From contig NC_092673.1 in the NCBI RefSeq assembly GCF_964355755.1, positions 20,023,648 through 20,087,647 on the forward strand: a stretch of DNA of 64,000 nucleotides, given 5' to 3'. The stretch is from Antedon mediterranea. Its lineage: Eukaryota; Animalia; Echinodermata. The notes below the pieces were generated by a model. That model did not search any database and was not told where the DNA came from. It saw only the letters and a list, made by a program, of their open reading frames with translations. The translations under genes were made by a program, and so were the position numbers. Below, piece by piece: positions 53,501 to 64,000 of the stretch. Within the stretch, counting starts at the first letter, position 1, and each line of letters starts with the position of its first letter.

Positions 53501-56500
53501 ATGACGATCATTTTGATACCCCATGGTTACATGCAGAAACAGAAATTTGTATAACGAACAAACATCGAAAGTGGGGAAAAGTGTGCCATTTTGACCACAT
53601 TTTGGCCACTAACTTGGATCCTAGATGGCGATGATGTTCAAATATAGTTTAGAACTTTCCCGGTATAATTGCGGTCATTTTGATACCCCATATGTAAAGT
53701 TACGTGCAGTAACAAAAAGTTGTATAACGAACAAACAAACCAACAAACAAACAAACAAACAAACACACGTACAAACTCTCTCACTTATAATATAGAAAAA
53801 AATTAGTTTTTGTGACGTCACCAATGTGTCAATTCAAGACGATAATTAACAAATTGTGGACGCTATAGTGCGAACAAAGCAAGTATACTTAGCAAAATTT
53901 TGTTTTGCCAAGTAAAAAGGTATACAGTATTTAGTATACATTTGATTATTCCTCAGATTACTAAACAATTCATTTAGTTGTCTGAGTTTTCTAATAGCAG
54001 AATTAAACTAGAAACTAGATATCTGAGATTTCTAGAAACTCAGATATGAAATCTGATTTTTAGACATTCGTTTTTATGTTGTTAACAAGTACTGTTAAAA
54101 AAGTACTGTAATTCTATAATCTTTATAAAATACATCATTTTAAAGTTACATACCACCATAATAAATATAATCAATTGCAATGTCACCAGTATAGGAACTC
54201 CCTTTAATTGCTTCAAACACAATGTAGTTGTCTCCATCACCAGTATGCTCAAATTGTACCACAACGCGATGCCATTGATCTCCTTGGTTACCACTTCTTG
54301 AGCATAACAGTTCGTCTCCCAGGTTTGAAGTTCTATAAACGTTGAGAGTTCCAGTAGTTACGTACATGTGGTAGTAGAAATATAATTGTATCTTAGGCGA
54401 GCTGACATCCCAGTTGCGTGTGATGTATCAACATAAACATAATAATCACCTGTATGTTGAAATAAAATTTTGAAATTTATTACAATATGTTACTGTATAT
54501 ATTTTCAATTTGAAGATTTTCATAATGATATTAAAAACTTTAATTTTTAACAAATCATGATTAATTTAGGATTAGGAATTTTAGATCCTGAAAACGAAAG
54601 GGAAGATGGATAGGAATTGAAAGGGAAAAACAAATCTGTAAAGTTTGCAAATGTAAAGATGTTGAAAATGAAAATTACTTTGTTTTAGTATGTCCATACT
54701 ACAACGAAATTAGACACTTCTTTTTAAAACATTATGATTTTAATCAACCAACAAATAAAAAGTTTATTTTACTAATGAAAAACAAAAAGAAAAAAGTAAT
54801 CAATAACCTGGTTAGTACTTCTTAAATTTTATAATATGTATTATTTTCTATTATTGTACTGTCGAACAAATGAATGAATGAATGTATAAAAAATAGAATT
54901 ATCAAATAACTTCAATCCCTACTTCTAGCACCTACGAACTTACCTGTACCAAAACGACCATTTGTTGGTCCAGCGTTTGGTGATGGCGTTGCACCTGTTA
55001 TCCGTGTCCAGTCAAACCCATCATTATTGTCTTGAGCCCAGCCTTCAAAACCTGTCTGGAAATCTGTTAGACCTATAAACAAAATTGTTCATACAAAATA
55101 AACGAAAAATAAACACCCTGGGCACAACCCGTAGACGAACGACGTTGTGTGTACAAAGATTCTATTTTTTTTCAAGATTTATTCTACGGCCGCCTGACCT
55201 GTATCAAGGGAAATTGGTTACAAAAGAACAGATTGGGATTATTATTTTAGTAATATGTGTACCGTAGTATCGAATGTCATCAATTGCAATGTCACCAATG
55301 CCGTTACTCCCTTGAATTGCTTCAAACACAATGTAGTTGTCTTCATCACTAATGTTGTGTGTATATTGTATTGAATTAGAATATGGCCATGAATCTCCTT
55401 GGTTACCACTTCTTGTCCATAACAGTTCGTCTCCCAAGTTTGACGTTCTGTAAACGTTGAGTGTTCCAATTGTATCTCCGTACATGTGGTAAAAGAATGA
55501 TAACGATACACGTTGGCTTGGTGGTAGCAATGGACTTTTTAGGCGAGCTGACATCCCTTCAGTTATTGGACTTGATGTTTCAATATAAACATAATAATCA
55601 CCTATGTATGTTGGAAATAAAAAAATGGTGCTTTGAAATGTAGTACAATATTTAACTCCAATCCCTACTAGAGCACCTACGAACTTAGCTGTACCTGAAT
55701 GAGCGTTTGTTGGTCCAGTGTTTGTTGATGGCGTTGCACCTTTCATCCGTGTCCAAAAAAAGTCATCATTAGCTTCTTGAGCCCAGCCATCAAAACCTGT
55801 CTGGAAATCTGTTTTAACTAAGAAAAACTGTTAGTACTAAAAAACAGAAATTGGAAAAAAACTCAAAACAGTACAGATTATATATATATTTGTGTAAATA
55901 AACAAAATAAGCAACATTTAGAATTTATGTTCTTTATATTGCTGAAACCTAATATAATATTTTACTTTATTAAAAAAAGAATTAGTTTTAGTGCATTCAA
56001 TAGATCTCAACGAACCGGAATTGTTTCTTTTGCAAACAAACTCTTGGATGGATCACTATAACATTTGATTAACAATCTCAAACCTGTACGCACTTACCTA
56101 ATGATGACGTATCAACATTTTGTTGAGTCCATTCATCAAAGCCATTATTGAAATCTGTATTAACTATAAAAATATCCTGTATTTGAATCGATAAATTAGC
56201 ATTTTTCACTGATCATGTATGATACCTTAACTCGTCGTCAATTGGTATACCCAATGCGCAACACCACTAACCATCACCTTCGGCGCTATACATACAAACA
56301 TTCACAAATTAGAGACAAGCTAGATATTTGGTCACCGTAAATGAGGTACATTATATTATAATGTAACTAAAAATAAATCAAATTATTAACTTTATATCAC
56401 TTACAGTTTTCTTTTATTTTCCAAACTTCTGGAGCTGCTGCTGCTGTTCCATTTAAAGTTGCTATTGCCGCGTACATTATACCATCTACTGAGAATAGTT

Positions 56501-59171
56501 TACCACTCAGAGACCCATGACTTGGTAGCTGAGCATACTCCAAGAAGAGGTTACTGGTAAAATTCCATTTATACACCGTTGAGTTCACTGCGTATGATGT
56601 CCCGTTAGTCACAAGTAAATAATGATTTGTAGTCAATTCTAAATACGATGCATCACATGCACCATGTGTTGCCATCGCTTGATGTTGTTCGAAAAAACCT
56701 AAAACAAATAAAATTACATATTTTTATAGAATAGAAATTAAAGTAGTGTGAGAAGATGGACGTTTCAGAATAAGTTGGACAGAAAAACGAAAAAGTAGAT
56801 TGGAGAGCAAAACATACATACAGCAAGTAAAAATCAAGAAATCGAGACGGACAGGACAATCAATTAATCAACATCAATCAATCAATATCAATGAATCAAT
56901 ATTAATCAGTATCAACTAATAAATCAATATCAATAAATCAATATAAATCAATCAATATAAATCAATCAATATCAATTAATCAACATCAATCAATCACCAT
57001 CAATATCAATCAATAAATCAATATCAATCAATATAAATCAATCAATATCAATCAATTAATATCAATCAACCAATATCAATCAATCAATATGCAATAACAA
57101 GTAAAAAAAAGGTAAAGTCGAAACCTAAGGTAATGCTAACGGCCGTGGTGCCCATCTCCATTTCCTTAGCGTTTGGGCCAGACTCCACTAAGTGTGTATG
57201 TTTGTGGGGGGTACGCCACTCCTCCCGCTAATAACAAGTAGAGTACCCTTACCTGTCTGTGAGTTAAATTTGTAGACGTAAACTATTCTGCTGTCTGCAA
57301 CAAGCAAAATATAGAGTTGTCCATTTATTTTAAAATTCTCAACTTTTTGTACATCACTTGTTCTAGTCAAACCTTGGTAATGTTCATACAGTTTATTAGT
57401 ATTGTTGTATCTGTATATTGGAGTTCCACAAGCACCGTCACTGAAATGTAAACAAAAGTTTCTCCAAATGTTTCCAGATCGTTCACTTATAATGCAAGGA
57501 CGTATACGCAATGTAAGCCTATTAGTGACCAATGGCAAACGACAGTTCGAACAATACATCGCTTGTGATTGGTCAAATCAATTACGTTGCGCCTACGTCT
57601 TTGTGTTAGACGCAAATGGGAACCAAGTCTTTTGAATGATTTTTCGTAATAAAATAATTATAATCATATATTATAACACAACAATTACGGACAAACATAC
57701 GTAGTATAACAAGGCATTTAATTAGATTCCAAACAGTCTTGAACTTGAGTTTCGAGAACCATTTCTCATCTTCTTTGCAGGACAATATAGGTTACACAGT
57801 ATACAAGTGATAGAGTTTAAAGAAGCATGGCTTTCGTCTTTGTTTAGGTTTTTATTTTATCCCTGTGGTCAAAATTCAAAATACTTACTATCCGCCAATC
57901 ACGAGATAATGTTTGTTCATGTATGTGAACGCCGTATTGCTTGCTGATGACAAACCAACAATGTTTGATTTAAACTCATACTCATGGATAAATTCTGAAA
58001 GATTCAATCTAAAGTGTAAGAGAGCTTAACTCTGCTCAAATTATACACGGCCTACAGTAAATAAGAATGGTCTGCATAACCGACTGTAAATTAAATACAC
58101 AAGGTGATAGCTAGAGTCTAAATTCACCGATTTCTGTTTGGTGCATTTAGCCGCGTGGAGCGTCATGAAACAAGTGTGAAAGACCATTTAAGCCTGTTTC
58201 CGTTAGGTGATTTTATTCACGCGGAAAGAAGCGTCTACTAGAAAAGGGTAGCGCGATATTTCTCTGCGAAAAGATTGGATACACGTGACTAAATTCGCCT
58301 AGTAGAAAACAGGTTTTAAGCTCTGTCTACACTATCAAACTTTATGTGACAAAAAATGTGATATGCATATATAGCCATTATGATATCATATCACTACCAT
58401 ATTTAGGTATATCACTACCACACTTTTTTTGTCAAACTAGTTTGATAGTGTAGACAGAACTCTAGGCAAGAGAAGACTATAGACTGTACTTACTGTTTTC
58501 ACAAAACTTCCCGTAAAAATCTGTTGGACATACACAGGTGTATCCCAGTTCTGAACAGTCATTGACACACGAGCCACCGTTGACGCATTTGTTCTTTGCT
58601 TGGCATGCTCCAACGTAATTCTATAACCAATAAACACATTCTAACATTTTCGCCTCACATGCTTTATCAGCATCCAAAGGAAATCGTAAGATTTACAAAA
58701 TTATAAAGCGCACAACAAACTTTAAGAACATGGGGTTGGGCATCCATTCATTTTAGTGAATTTTTTTCTGACTGGGAACCGGGGTTGAAAAGTAGAACAA
58801 AAATTTCATTTAAAACTTACTGTAGTAAAATCTTTTCTTTTTTGTCGCATGTCATAGAACCAGACACCAGATACCGTCTCCATGTGTTCCGGTCCAGTGA
58901 CGCTATCCCGATCAAACGTCGCACACTCTTGCGTATCAGCAGCGTACGTAAAAGCTAGACAACGTGCGTTCTTTCGACAAAGCTGCATACACTCGTACTG
59001 CGTTGCATTGTATTTGCCAAGTTCGTTTGACATTGCTGTATTAGCGTGTCCGTAGAAATGAGAAGGTGACGTTTCTGGTGGCTTGATATCACATTCCACA
59101 TACCCATCACAACTACTAGTTAACGCCAAAGTGGTGATACACGTGATGGTTGTAATAATTGTGGCGCGCAT
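50305..59171 (-). CDS. 14-exon gene (possibly pseudogenising): secreted signal peptide-PAN/Apple-EGF-4xEAR(EPTP)-3xMAM-3xEAR protein
   Basis: Manually spliced exons (minus strand): 59171-58821, 58620-58494, 57994-57889, 57440-57253, 56698-56405, 56163-56098, 55817-55689, 55601-55263, 55072-54944, 54449-54154, 52922-52803, 51511-51170, 51042-50849, 50571-50305. GT-AG and phases are consistent except for a CT donor at 55688 and a frameshift in exon 10. Confidence 0.8.
50849..51042 (-). CDS. Exon 13: EAR/EPTP repeats 5-6
   Basis: IETFTNDGDTYLVAVN..IVYRWD..FKIHQRIP; phase 1-0. Confidence 0.8.
51170..51511 (-). CDS. Exon 12: MAM domain 3 C-part
   Basis: DYYASVS..ARLRSPLLPP..FFYHMYG..GNQGDSW..GDIAIVDIAIDDI. 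Confidence 0.85.
51607..52779. mobile_element. Degenerate non-autonomous DNA element (hAT-like termini) in intron 11
   Basis: Left TAGTGGTGGATCCAGA versus right TCTGGATCCGCCCCTG; GC-rich subtermini; imperfect flanking CCACTAT/CCAGTAT. Confidence 0.5.
52803..52922 (-). CDS. Exon 11: MAM domain 3 N-part
   Basis: TSDFETGFNHWTKEYNWKRRYGSTPTVNTGPTNG; phase 1-1. Confidence 0.8.
53065..53796 (-). mobile_element. 5' part of a probable canonical non-autonomous Helitron
   Basis: The minus strand starts TCTATATTATAAG followed by a (GTTT)n microsatellite and internal subrepeats. The 3' CTAG end was not found, so the left boundary is approximate. Confidence 0.45.
54154..54449 (-). pseudogene. Exon 10: MAM domain 2 C-part, frameshifted
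   Basis: The SPLLPPxQR segment is deleted after ARL. The entry frame hits TAA at 54360-54358, while YYHMY..GDIAID continues in another frame. Confidence 0.8.
54944..55072 (-). CDS. Exon 9: MAM domain 2 N-part
   Basis: LTDFQTGFEGWAQDNNDGFDWTRITGATPSPNAGPTNG; phase 1-1. Confidence 0.8.
55263..55817 (-). CDS. Exons 7-8: MAM domain 1 (87-bp intron with dead donor, open in frame)
   Basis: DFQTGFDGWAQ..DDFFWTR..TPSTNTGP..H..GDYYVYIETSS..ARLKSP..FFYHMYG..GDIAIDDI. Confidence 0.85.
56098..56163 (-). CDS. Exon 6: short truncated MAM N-terminal exon
   Basis: NTDFNNGFDEWTQQNVDTSSL; 66 bp, phase 1-1. Confidence 0.65.
   Translation of the reverse strand, partial: LIQISIMALMNGLNKMLIRHH
56405..56698 (-). 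CDS. Exon 5: EAR/EPTP repeats 3-4
   Basis: FFEQHQAMATHGACD..HYLLVTN..NSTVYKWN..FLEYAQLPSHG; phase 1-1. Confidence 0.85.
56858..57090. repeat. Degenerate (ATCA)n/(ATCAAT)n simple repeat
   Basis: Directly visible in the sequence. Confidence 0.9.
57253..57440 (-). CDS. Exon 4: EAR/EPTP repeats 1-2
   Basis: DGACGTPIYRYNNTNKLYEHYQGL...FKINGQLYILLVA..VYVYKFN; phase 2-1. Confidence 0.8.
57889..57994 (-). CDS. Exon 3: EAR/EPTP repeat 1 (N-part)
   Basis: FIHEYEFKSNIVGLSSASNTAFTYMNKHYLVIGG; phase 1-2. Confidence 0.75.
58190..58317. mobile_element. Degenerate short MITE of the 43271 family
   Basis: AAGCCTGTTTCCGTTAGGTGATTTTA ... TAAATTCGCCTAGTAGAAAACAGGTTT. Confidence 0.55.
58319..58461. mobile_element. 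Small MITE (Harbinger-like)
   Basis: AGCTCTGTCTACACTATCAAACT ... AGTTTGATAGTGTAGACAGAACT. Confidence 0.8.
58494..58620 (-). CDS. Exon 2: EGF-like domain
   Basis: NYVGACQAKNKCVNGGSCVNDCSELGYTCVCPTDFYGKFCEN; TAG acceptor and GTAAGT donor. Confidence 0.9.
58821..59171 (-). CDS. Exon 1: signal peptide + PAN/Apple domain
   Basis: MRATIITTITCITTLALTSS; ECMQLCRKNARCLAFTY..C..F..YD; donor GTAAGT, phase 0. Confidence 0.85.
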
Positions 59172-59326
59172 CTTCAAGTTTCTTTTCTATTTTCATTCCT
59201 CTTGAAAATAGGTAGAAATCTACACTACTTCGTTAGTAGCGGTTAACATTCACACCTTCGCAATGTCAATACTTCCAAACTCTTTTCTCAACTGACTGTG
59301 TAACTTGCTACCTTACTTGAATTTGA

Positions 59327-61672
59327 ATGCGGTAACTCTGACAACGGTATACACAACGATGCTGGCATAGGGTAAAATAAATACTCAAGTCAATAGGCCT
59401 ATACTTTTAGCTTTAAATAACATAATAATGCGGTAACTGTTGTAATAGGGGTAAACCATAACGTATCTATAATTATCTATATATAAATTTACGTAAAAGC
59501 AAAATTCGGTAAATCGCGCCTTACTTCTAGAATTTTAACTCGATGGTATATAAAGTTGGTTCGTACTTTCGGTACTAATTTTAACCACCTGTTGTAACCC
59601 TGTTTACTAATTAAATAAGTTAGAATAATTAGTTATTGACTGTCTAATGGATGTCCATCTTGAAAAATACCCGCCACAAAAATGCGAGGAGGCTTCGCAT
59701 TTTCTTATCTCCTCCTACGATAATTGTTTTTAATAGCTGAAAACCGGTTAAACAGCTCGAATACAGCATCATAATGTTGAAGATTTTCTTTAAAAAATAC
59801 TATTTTGATAGATTTAATATACGATTATACAAATGTATTGATTTGCGATGAATGGAACATCCCACAGTCTGCCAGAGTTTGGTTTAACACAAGTAGGTAA
59901 ATTTATGAGCCCTTGGTTTAACACATACTGTAGGTAAATATATGGGCCCTTTGAGAATAAACTTGAACAATACTGTGACAATACTGTAAATACCTATTAA
60001 CTATTTTTGGCCCGATTTTTCGTCCTCATTTGAATCAAACATTTCTTACTGTGAATGTTCGTACTGTTAGATGTAGTATAAAAATATATACACATAAACT
60101 TTATTACTGAGATTGTGGATAGGCTCTACTGTTAGATATATAAACACATTATTATATACAAATAAACTTTATACTGACAGTTCCTTCTCAACGTTTGTAT
60201 TATTTAAATAATTACCAATAATATAAACGTCGTAGTGGTGTATCGTGACATGTACTTTAATATTTCAATCGATTATGACAGTGACAGTTTTAACAAAGTA
60301 TTAAATCGCAAATGTTTTACTGTATTTAGAGGTATATTACTTACAGGCCTATAAAACATGAACAAAATATTTCGTTACTGAGTGGATAAAGAATATATTT
60401 AAAAATTTTTCCTCTTTGTACGTATCCGCTTTCCCACCCTCAACCCTAATGTTACATACAAAACACAAATTGGGTTTCTTTAAATGAGTCCAAATCAAAA
60501 ATTTGGACTCATTTTGTGATAAGTTTCTCCTTCGGAAGTAATTCCCAGGGTGCTAATTTTAGTTGACTACATAAATCGCCGTGTCTATTTATTCGTTTCT
60601 GTAAACGACAATGTATTGTAGTCCTGCGGTACGTACATTTGAAATCGCCAGTTTTGTTACGCTGAAATTACTGTGTATTCGAGAACCATCTGTGGGCACG
60701 ACCTAGATGGTACGCGAGCGAAGCTAGTAACTACAATTTAATGACTTGAATACCCTCTTTTTACGAGCATGTACGCAAGTGCGTCTATGATTTTAGAATA
60801 AGATTTTTGATTAGTGAACATGATCTTGTTAGGTGTACTACGAACTATCTGTTACGATCTTAAAATCTCATCACTAAATGGGAGAAAATCCTTTTTAGTG
60901 TGATGTTCTGTTTTGTATTGTTTGTTGATTGTGAAATATTTATTCTGAATTAAAGGGATCAATCAATCAATCAACGTATTATTTAAATATTTTCACGTAA
61001 TATTACAATAGATGTTAACACAAAACAAAATTAGTACCGACAATGTCACATGAACTATAATTATGCTCATATTTGAAACTTACATTAAATTATCATGAGG
61101 TCAATCGCAACGGTGTAAACAACGATGTAGGCCTACAGTGAAATACATTAAACAAGTTTACATCATATCAGATGATGCTAACGCAATATGTGCCCGCTAT
61201 ATTTAACCTATTTAACAATTGAGTTTCAATTAAAACTTGAATTACCATGCGGTAACTCTGGCAACGGTATACACAACGATGCTGGCATAGCATAAAATAA
61301 ATACTCAAGTCAATAGACCTATACTTTTAGCTTTAAATAACATAATAATGCGGTAACCGTTGCAATAGGGGTAAACCACAACGTATCTATATAACTACAA
61401 TTTAATGACTTGAATACCCTCTTTTTACGAGCATGTACGCAAGTGCGTCTATGATTTTAGAATAAGATTTTTGATTAGTGAACATAATCTTGTTGTGTGT
61501 ACTTGAACTATCTGTTACGATCTTAAAATCTCATCACTAAATAGGAGAAAATCCTTTTTAGTGTGATGTTCTGTTTTGTATTGTTTGTTGATTGCGAAAT
61601 ATTTATTCAGAATTAAAGGGATCAATCAATCAATCAACCAGTGTATTATTTAAATATTTTCACGTAATATTG
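59327..61672 (+). repeat. Local duplication: 59327-59471 + 60728-61004 match 61247-61672
   Basis: Colinear, high-identity match once the Helitron is removed. Confidence 0.85.
59476..60727 (+). mobile_element. Canonical non-autonomous Helitron (TC...CTAG) at an A|T site
   Basis: Starts TCTATATATAAA and ends GCGAAGCTAG. The paralogous empty site ACGTATCTATA|TAACTACAATTT is at 61381-61403. There are 4 extra bases (ATTA) at the 5' junction. Confidence 0.8.
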
Positions 61673-62424
61673 AAATTTTATTTTATTTTTCTTGTATTTT
61701 CATTAGGCCCAGGAGTAGGAATAAAAGGAAACCCACTGCCGCCTGATGGGTGTGTGGCTCCCTATAGATGAATGGATGTGAGTGGCAGTGGCTGTGTGTA
61801 GGAGGCCTATAATAGTACTCTGGGGTCACCACGCTACTCGTCTCGAAAGATGTCTTAACCGCCTGGCCAGTAACTCCCTTTCAAGTCGCCATTTAAGTTA
61901 TCTGGTAATACCAAATACATTTTCTTTTGTGTAAATGTAAGAACAAGTTAAATTCATTTATTTACATAAACCAGGGAGATGTCCTATTACAAGTCATAAC
62001 CTTCACTGATCAACCGGTACCAGAAATGACAAAACGACACCGTATTTTGATTAGGCCTACTCATATGTAATAGGCCTACTGTCATGGTTCGGGAATCCCT
62101 AAACTTTGATTTAGGTCGCGTTGGTGTGCAAGACCAATTACCCCATTCGAAATATTTATCAGTGTTTCAATATATAACACAAACAAATCCATTGAATAAC
62201 AATACAAAGAATTACAATAATTACGTAACCATTTGTGGATTACGAAGTATAAATAGCGCCATCATTTATTTCGGCCAATAATATTCGTAGGTTGTGGTAC
62301 AAAATGACAGCTTAATTTATAATTCAGTCGTACACTCTTTACAACATCTAACTTGTTGTAATAATATGACGTAATACCAGACTCCCGTACTCATAGTGAA
62401 CCACGAGTACAACACTCTCTCTAT

Positions 62425-63624
62425 ATAATAATAATTATAAATACTTTATTTTAACACGGAAAAGCTTGTGTCACCATAAAGGTGTTCTTCTACAAGGCCG
62501 TCATCAACTAACAGTAATACAATGCACATTTAGAAATAACAAATTTTAAAAATAACAAATTAGAGAACAAAAATATATGAACAGAAACCTTAATTACATT
62601 TATGCTAAGAGTACAAAATAAATAATGAATCACACCAATAATTTTTTAAAAGTATTTAAATTTGTGGCATTTTGCATTGTTTTTTAGAGTATTCCATAAA
62701 CTAGCACCATGATATGAAAAACTTTTTTATTAATATTCTGTTTTGGGTTTATCCAATTTTAATACATCCCTTGATCTTGTATTGTATGTGTCTAGTTTGG
62801 GTGTAAATAGTTCGTTTATATATGGTGGTGCTTGATTATGGAATATTTTATATAACATTTTGGCTTCATTATTATGTAGTTGAGTATTAAGATTTATCCA
62901 GTTTAAGTTTTGCAGGGCTTGTGTACTTGAGTCGTATTTCCTTGTTTTTGTAATAATTTTGGCAGCTCTGTTTTGTAGCATTTGTAGTTTATTAGTATTT
63001 TTTTTATTTGATCTGGCCCACACAATATTACAATAGTTAAACTGTGGATAGATGATGCTATTATACATTAAGCAAGATACATGTTTTGGGACGAGATTTG
63101 AAGATTTTTTTAAGTAGTACAAGCCTGGCAATACTTTACTTTTAACATTATCTATTTGTTTATCCCACAGTAAATATTCATCAATAACAACACCTAGATG
63201 TTTACAGCTTTTTACTCTTTGTAGCCGAACATTGTCTATGTTTAAATTTAGATCAATGTTTGCTAATTTTGCAAGCCTTTGTTGTGTTCCTATAAACATA
63301 CACTGAGTTTTATTTATATTTAGACTACGCTTGTTACTTGCTAGCCATGATTTGATTTTTTTTAAATCTTCATTAATTTTTGCAAGTACTTCATTTATAT
63401 CAGAAGATGCAAAGTAAAGAGCTGTATCATCTGCATACATACTAATCTGTACACTATTTACATGCTTTGGTAGATCATTTACATAAAGTATAAATAAGAG
63501 TGGTCCCAAAATTGATCCTTGGGGGATTCCACAATTACTAGGCCTATAGCCTTTATCTGATCGGACACCATTTACTTGTGTTAAGTGCGTACGATCACAA
63601 AGATAGTCTTTAAACCAATTTATA
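62425..63624 (-). mobile_element. 5'-truncated degenerate CR1-group LINE (RT C-terminal half + 3' UTR)
   Basis: NWFKDYL..GIPQGSILGPLLFILYVND..YADD..LQMLQNRAAK. In-frame stops precede KSFSYHGASLWN. AATAAA and a (TAT)n tail lie at ~62425-62450. Confidence 0.9.
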
Positions 63625-64000
63625 ATCTATCTATATGTATGACATTTAAGCATTACTTTATTTTATTAGTCAATCACGTATAACGGATTGTAACTAGCAC
63701 CATCACAACAAGATACTTTCAAGAAAAAAACAATCGTGCGATTACAGAATTTAGTAAATATCTGGGTTTCGAACATCTTTTGTTCCTTTTGGCATTAAAT
63801 TCTTCACGAATTGTCTTTAAACTTCAGTGTTTCTTTACAAACCATTAAATAAACGAGTCACAACTGGTAGCTGCTCGCCAGGGTTTAATTTAGGCCGAAC
63901 CCTGGTTACAAGGGCGTAGACTTCGGGTTATGAGTAGTTTTTTCCCCTCAGTTTCTACTGTATGATCAGCGCTTAGATAGGTTTCACATCATAAAGTGCT

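Noticed and set aside
57108-57232. Possible antisense SINE 3' fragment in intron 4
   Set aside because: Resemblance only from memory of SINE tails; no head or boxes visible.
61703-61900. GC-richer segment with CCACTGCC/GGCAGTGG stem, CTGATG and CGAAA (hammerhead ribozyme?)
   Set aside because: The core reads CTGATGG rather than CTGATGA and I could not build the three stems. It is more likely a SINE or other repeat fragment; an Infernal/Rfam scan would settle it.

Overview
AT-rich metazoan genomic DNA with spliceosomal introns; an invertebrate, possibly an echinoderm, is inference only. The first 38 kb are dominated by a 35.5-kb cluster (about 2594-38122) of non-autonomous Helitron2/Helentron-type rolling-circle elements, all on the + strand. 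I count 24 right ends (GCGGATAAC[C/T], an AACTCGTC..GACGAGTT hairpin, then CTAG) and 13 left ends (TT[G/A]GTTATCCGC..GCGGATAA hairpin). The cluster is not a simple tandem array. Junction reconstruction shows elements inserted, without TSD, into the T-rich tract just behind another element's 5' hairpin, giving stacked heads followed by bodies in last-in-first-out order. An L2-type LINE with an uninterrupted APE-RT frame (11535-14845) sits inside one head. The right part carries MITEs, an Academ-like foldback element, a 1.35-kb tandem repeat, a canonical Helitron with a visible empty-site paralog, and a degenerate second LINE. It also carries a 14-exon minus-strand gene (59171->50305) for a secreted PAN-EGF-EAR/EPTP protein whose 7 EAR repeats are split 4+3 by three MAM domains. 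That gene has a mutated splice donor and a frameshifted MAM exon. All calls were made by eye; coordinates may be off by a few bases.
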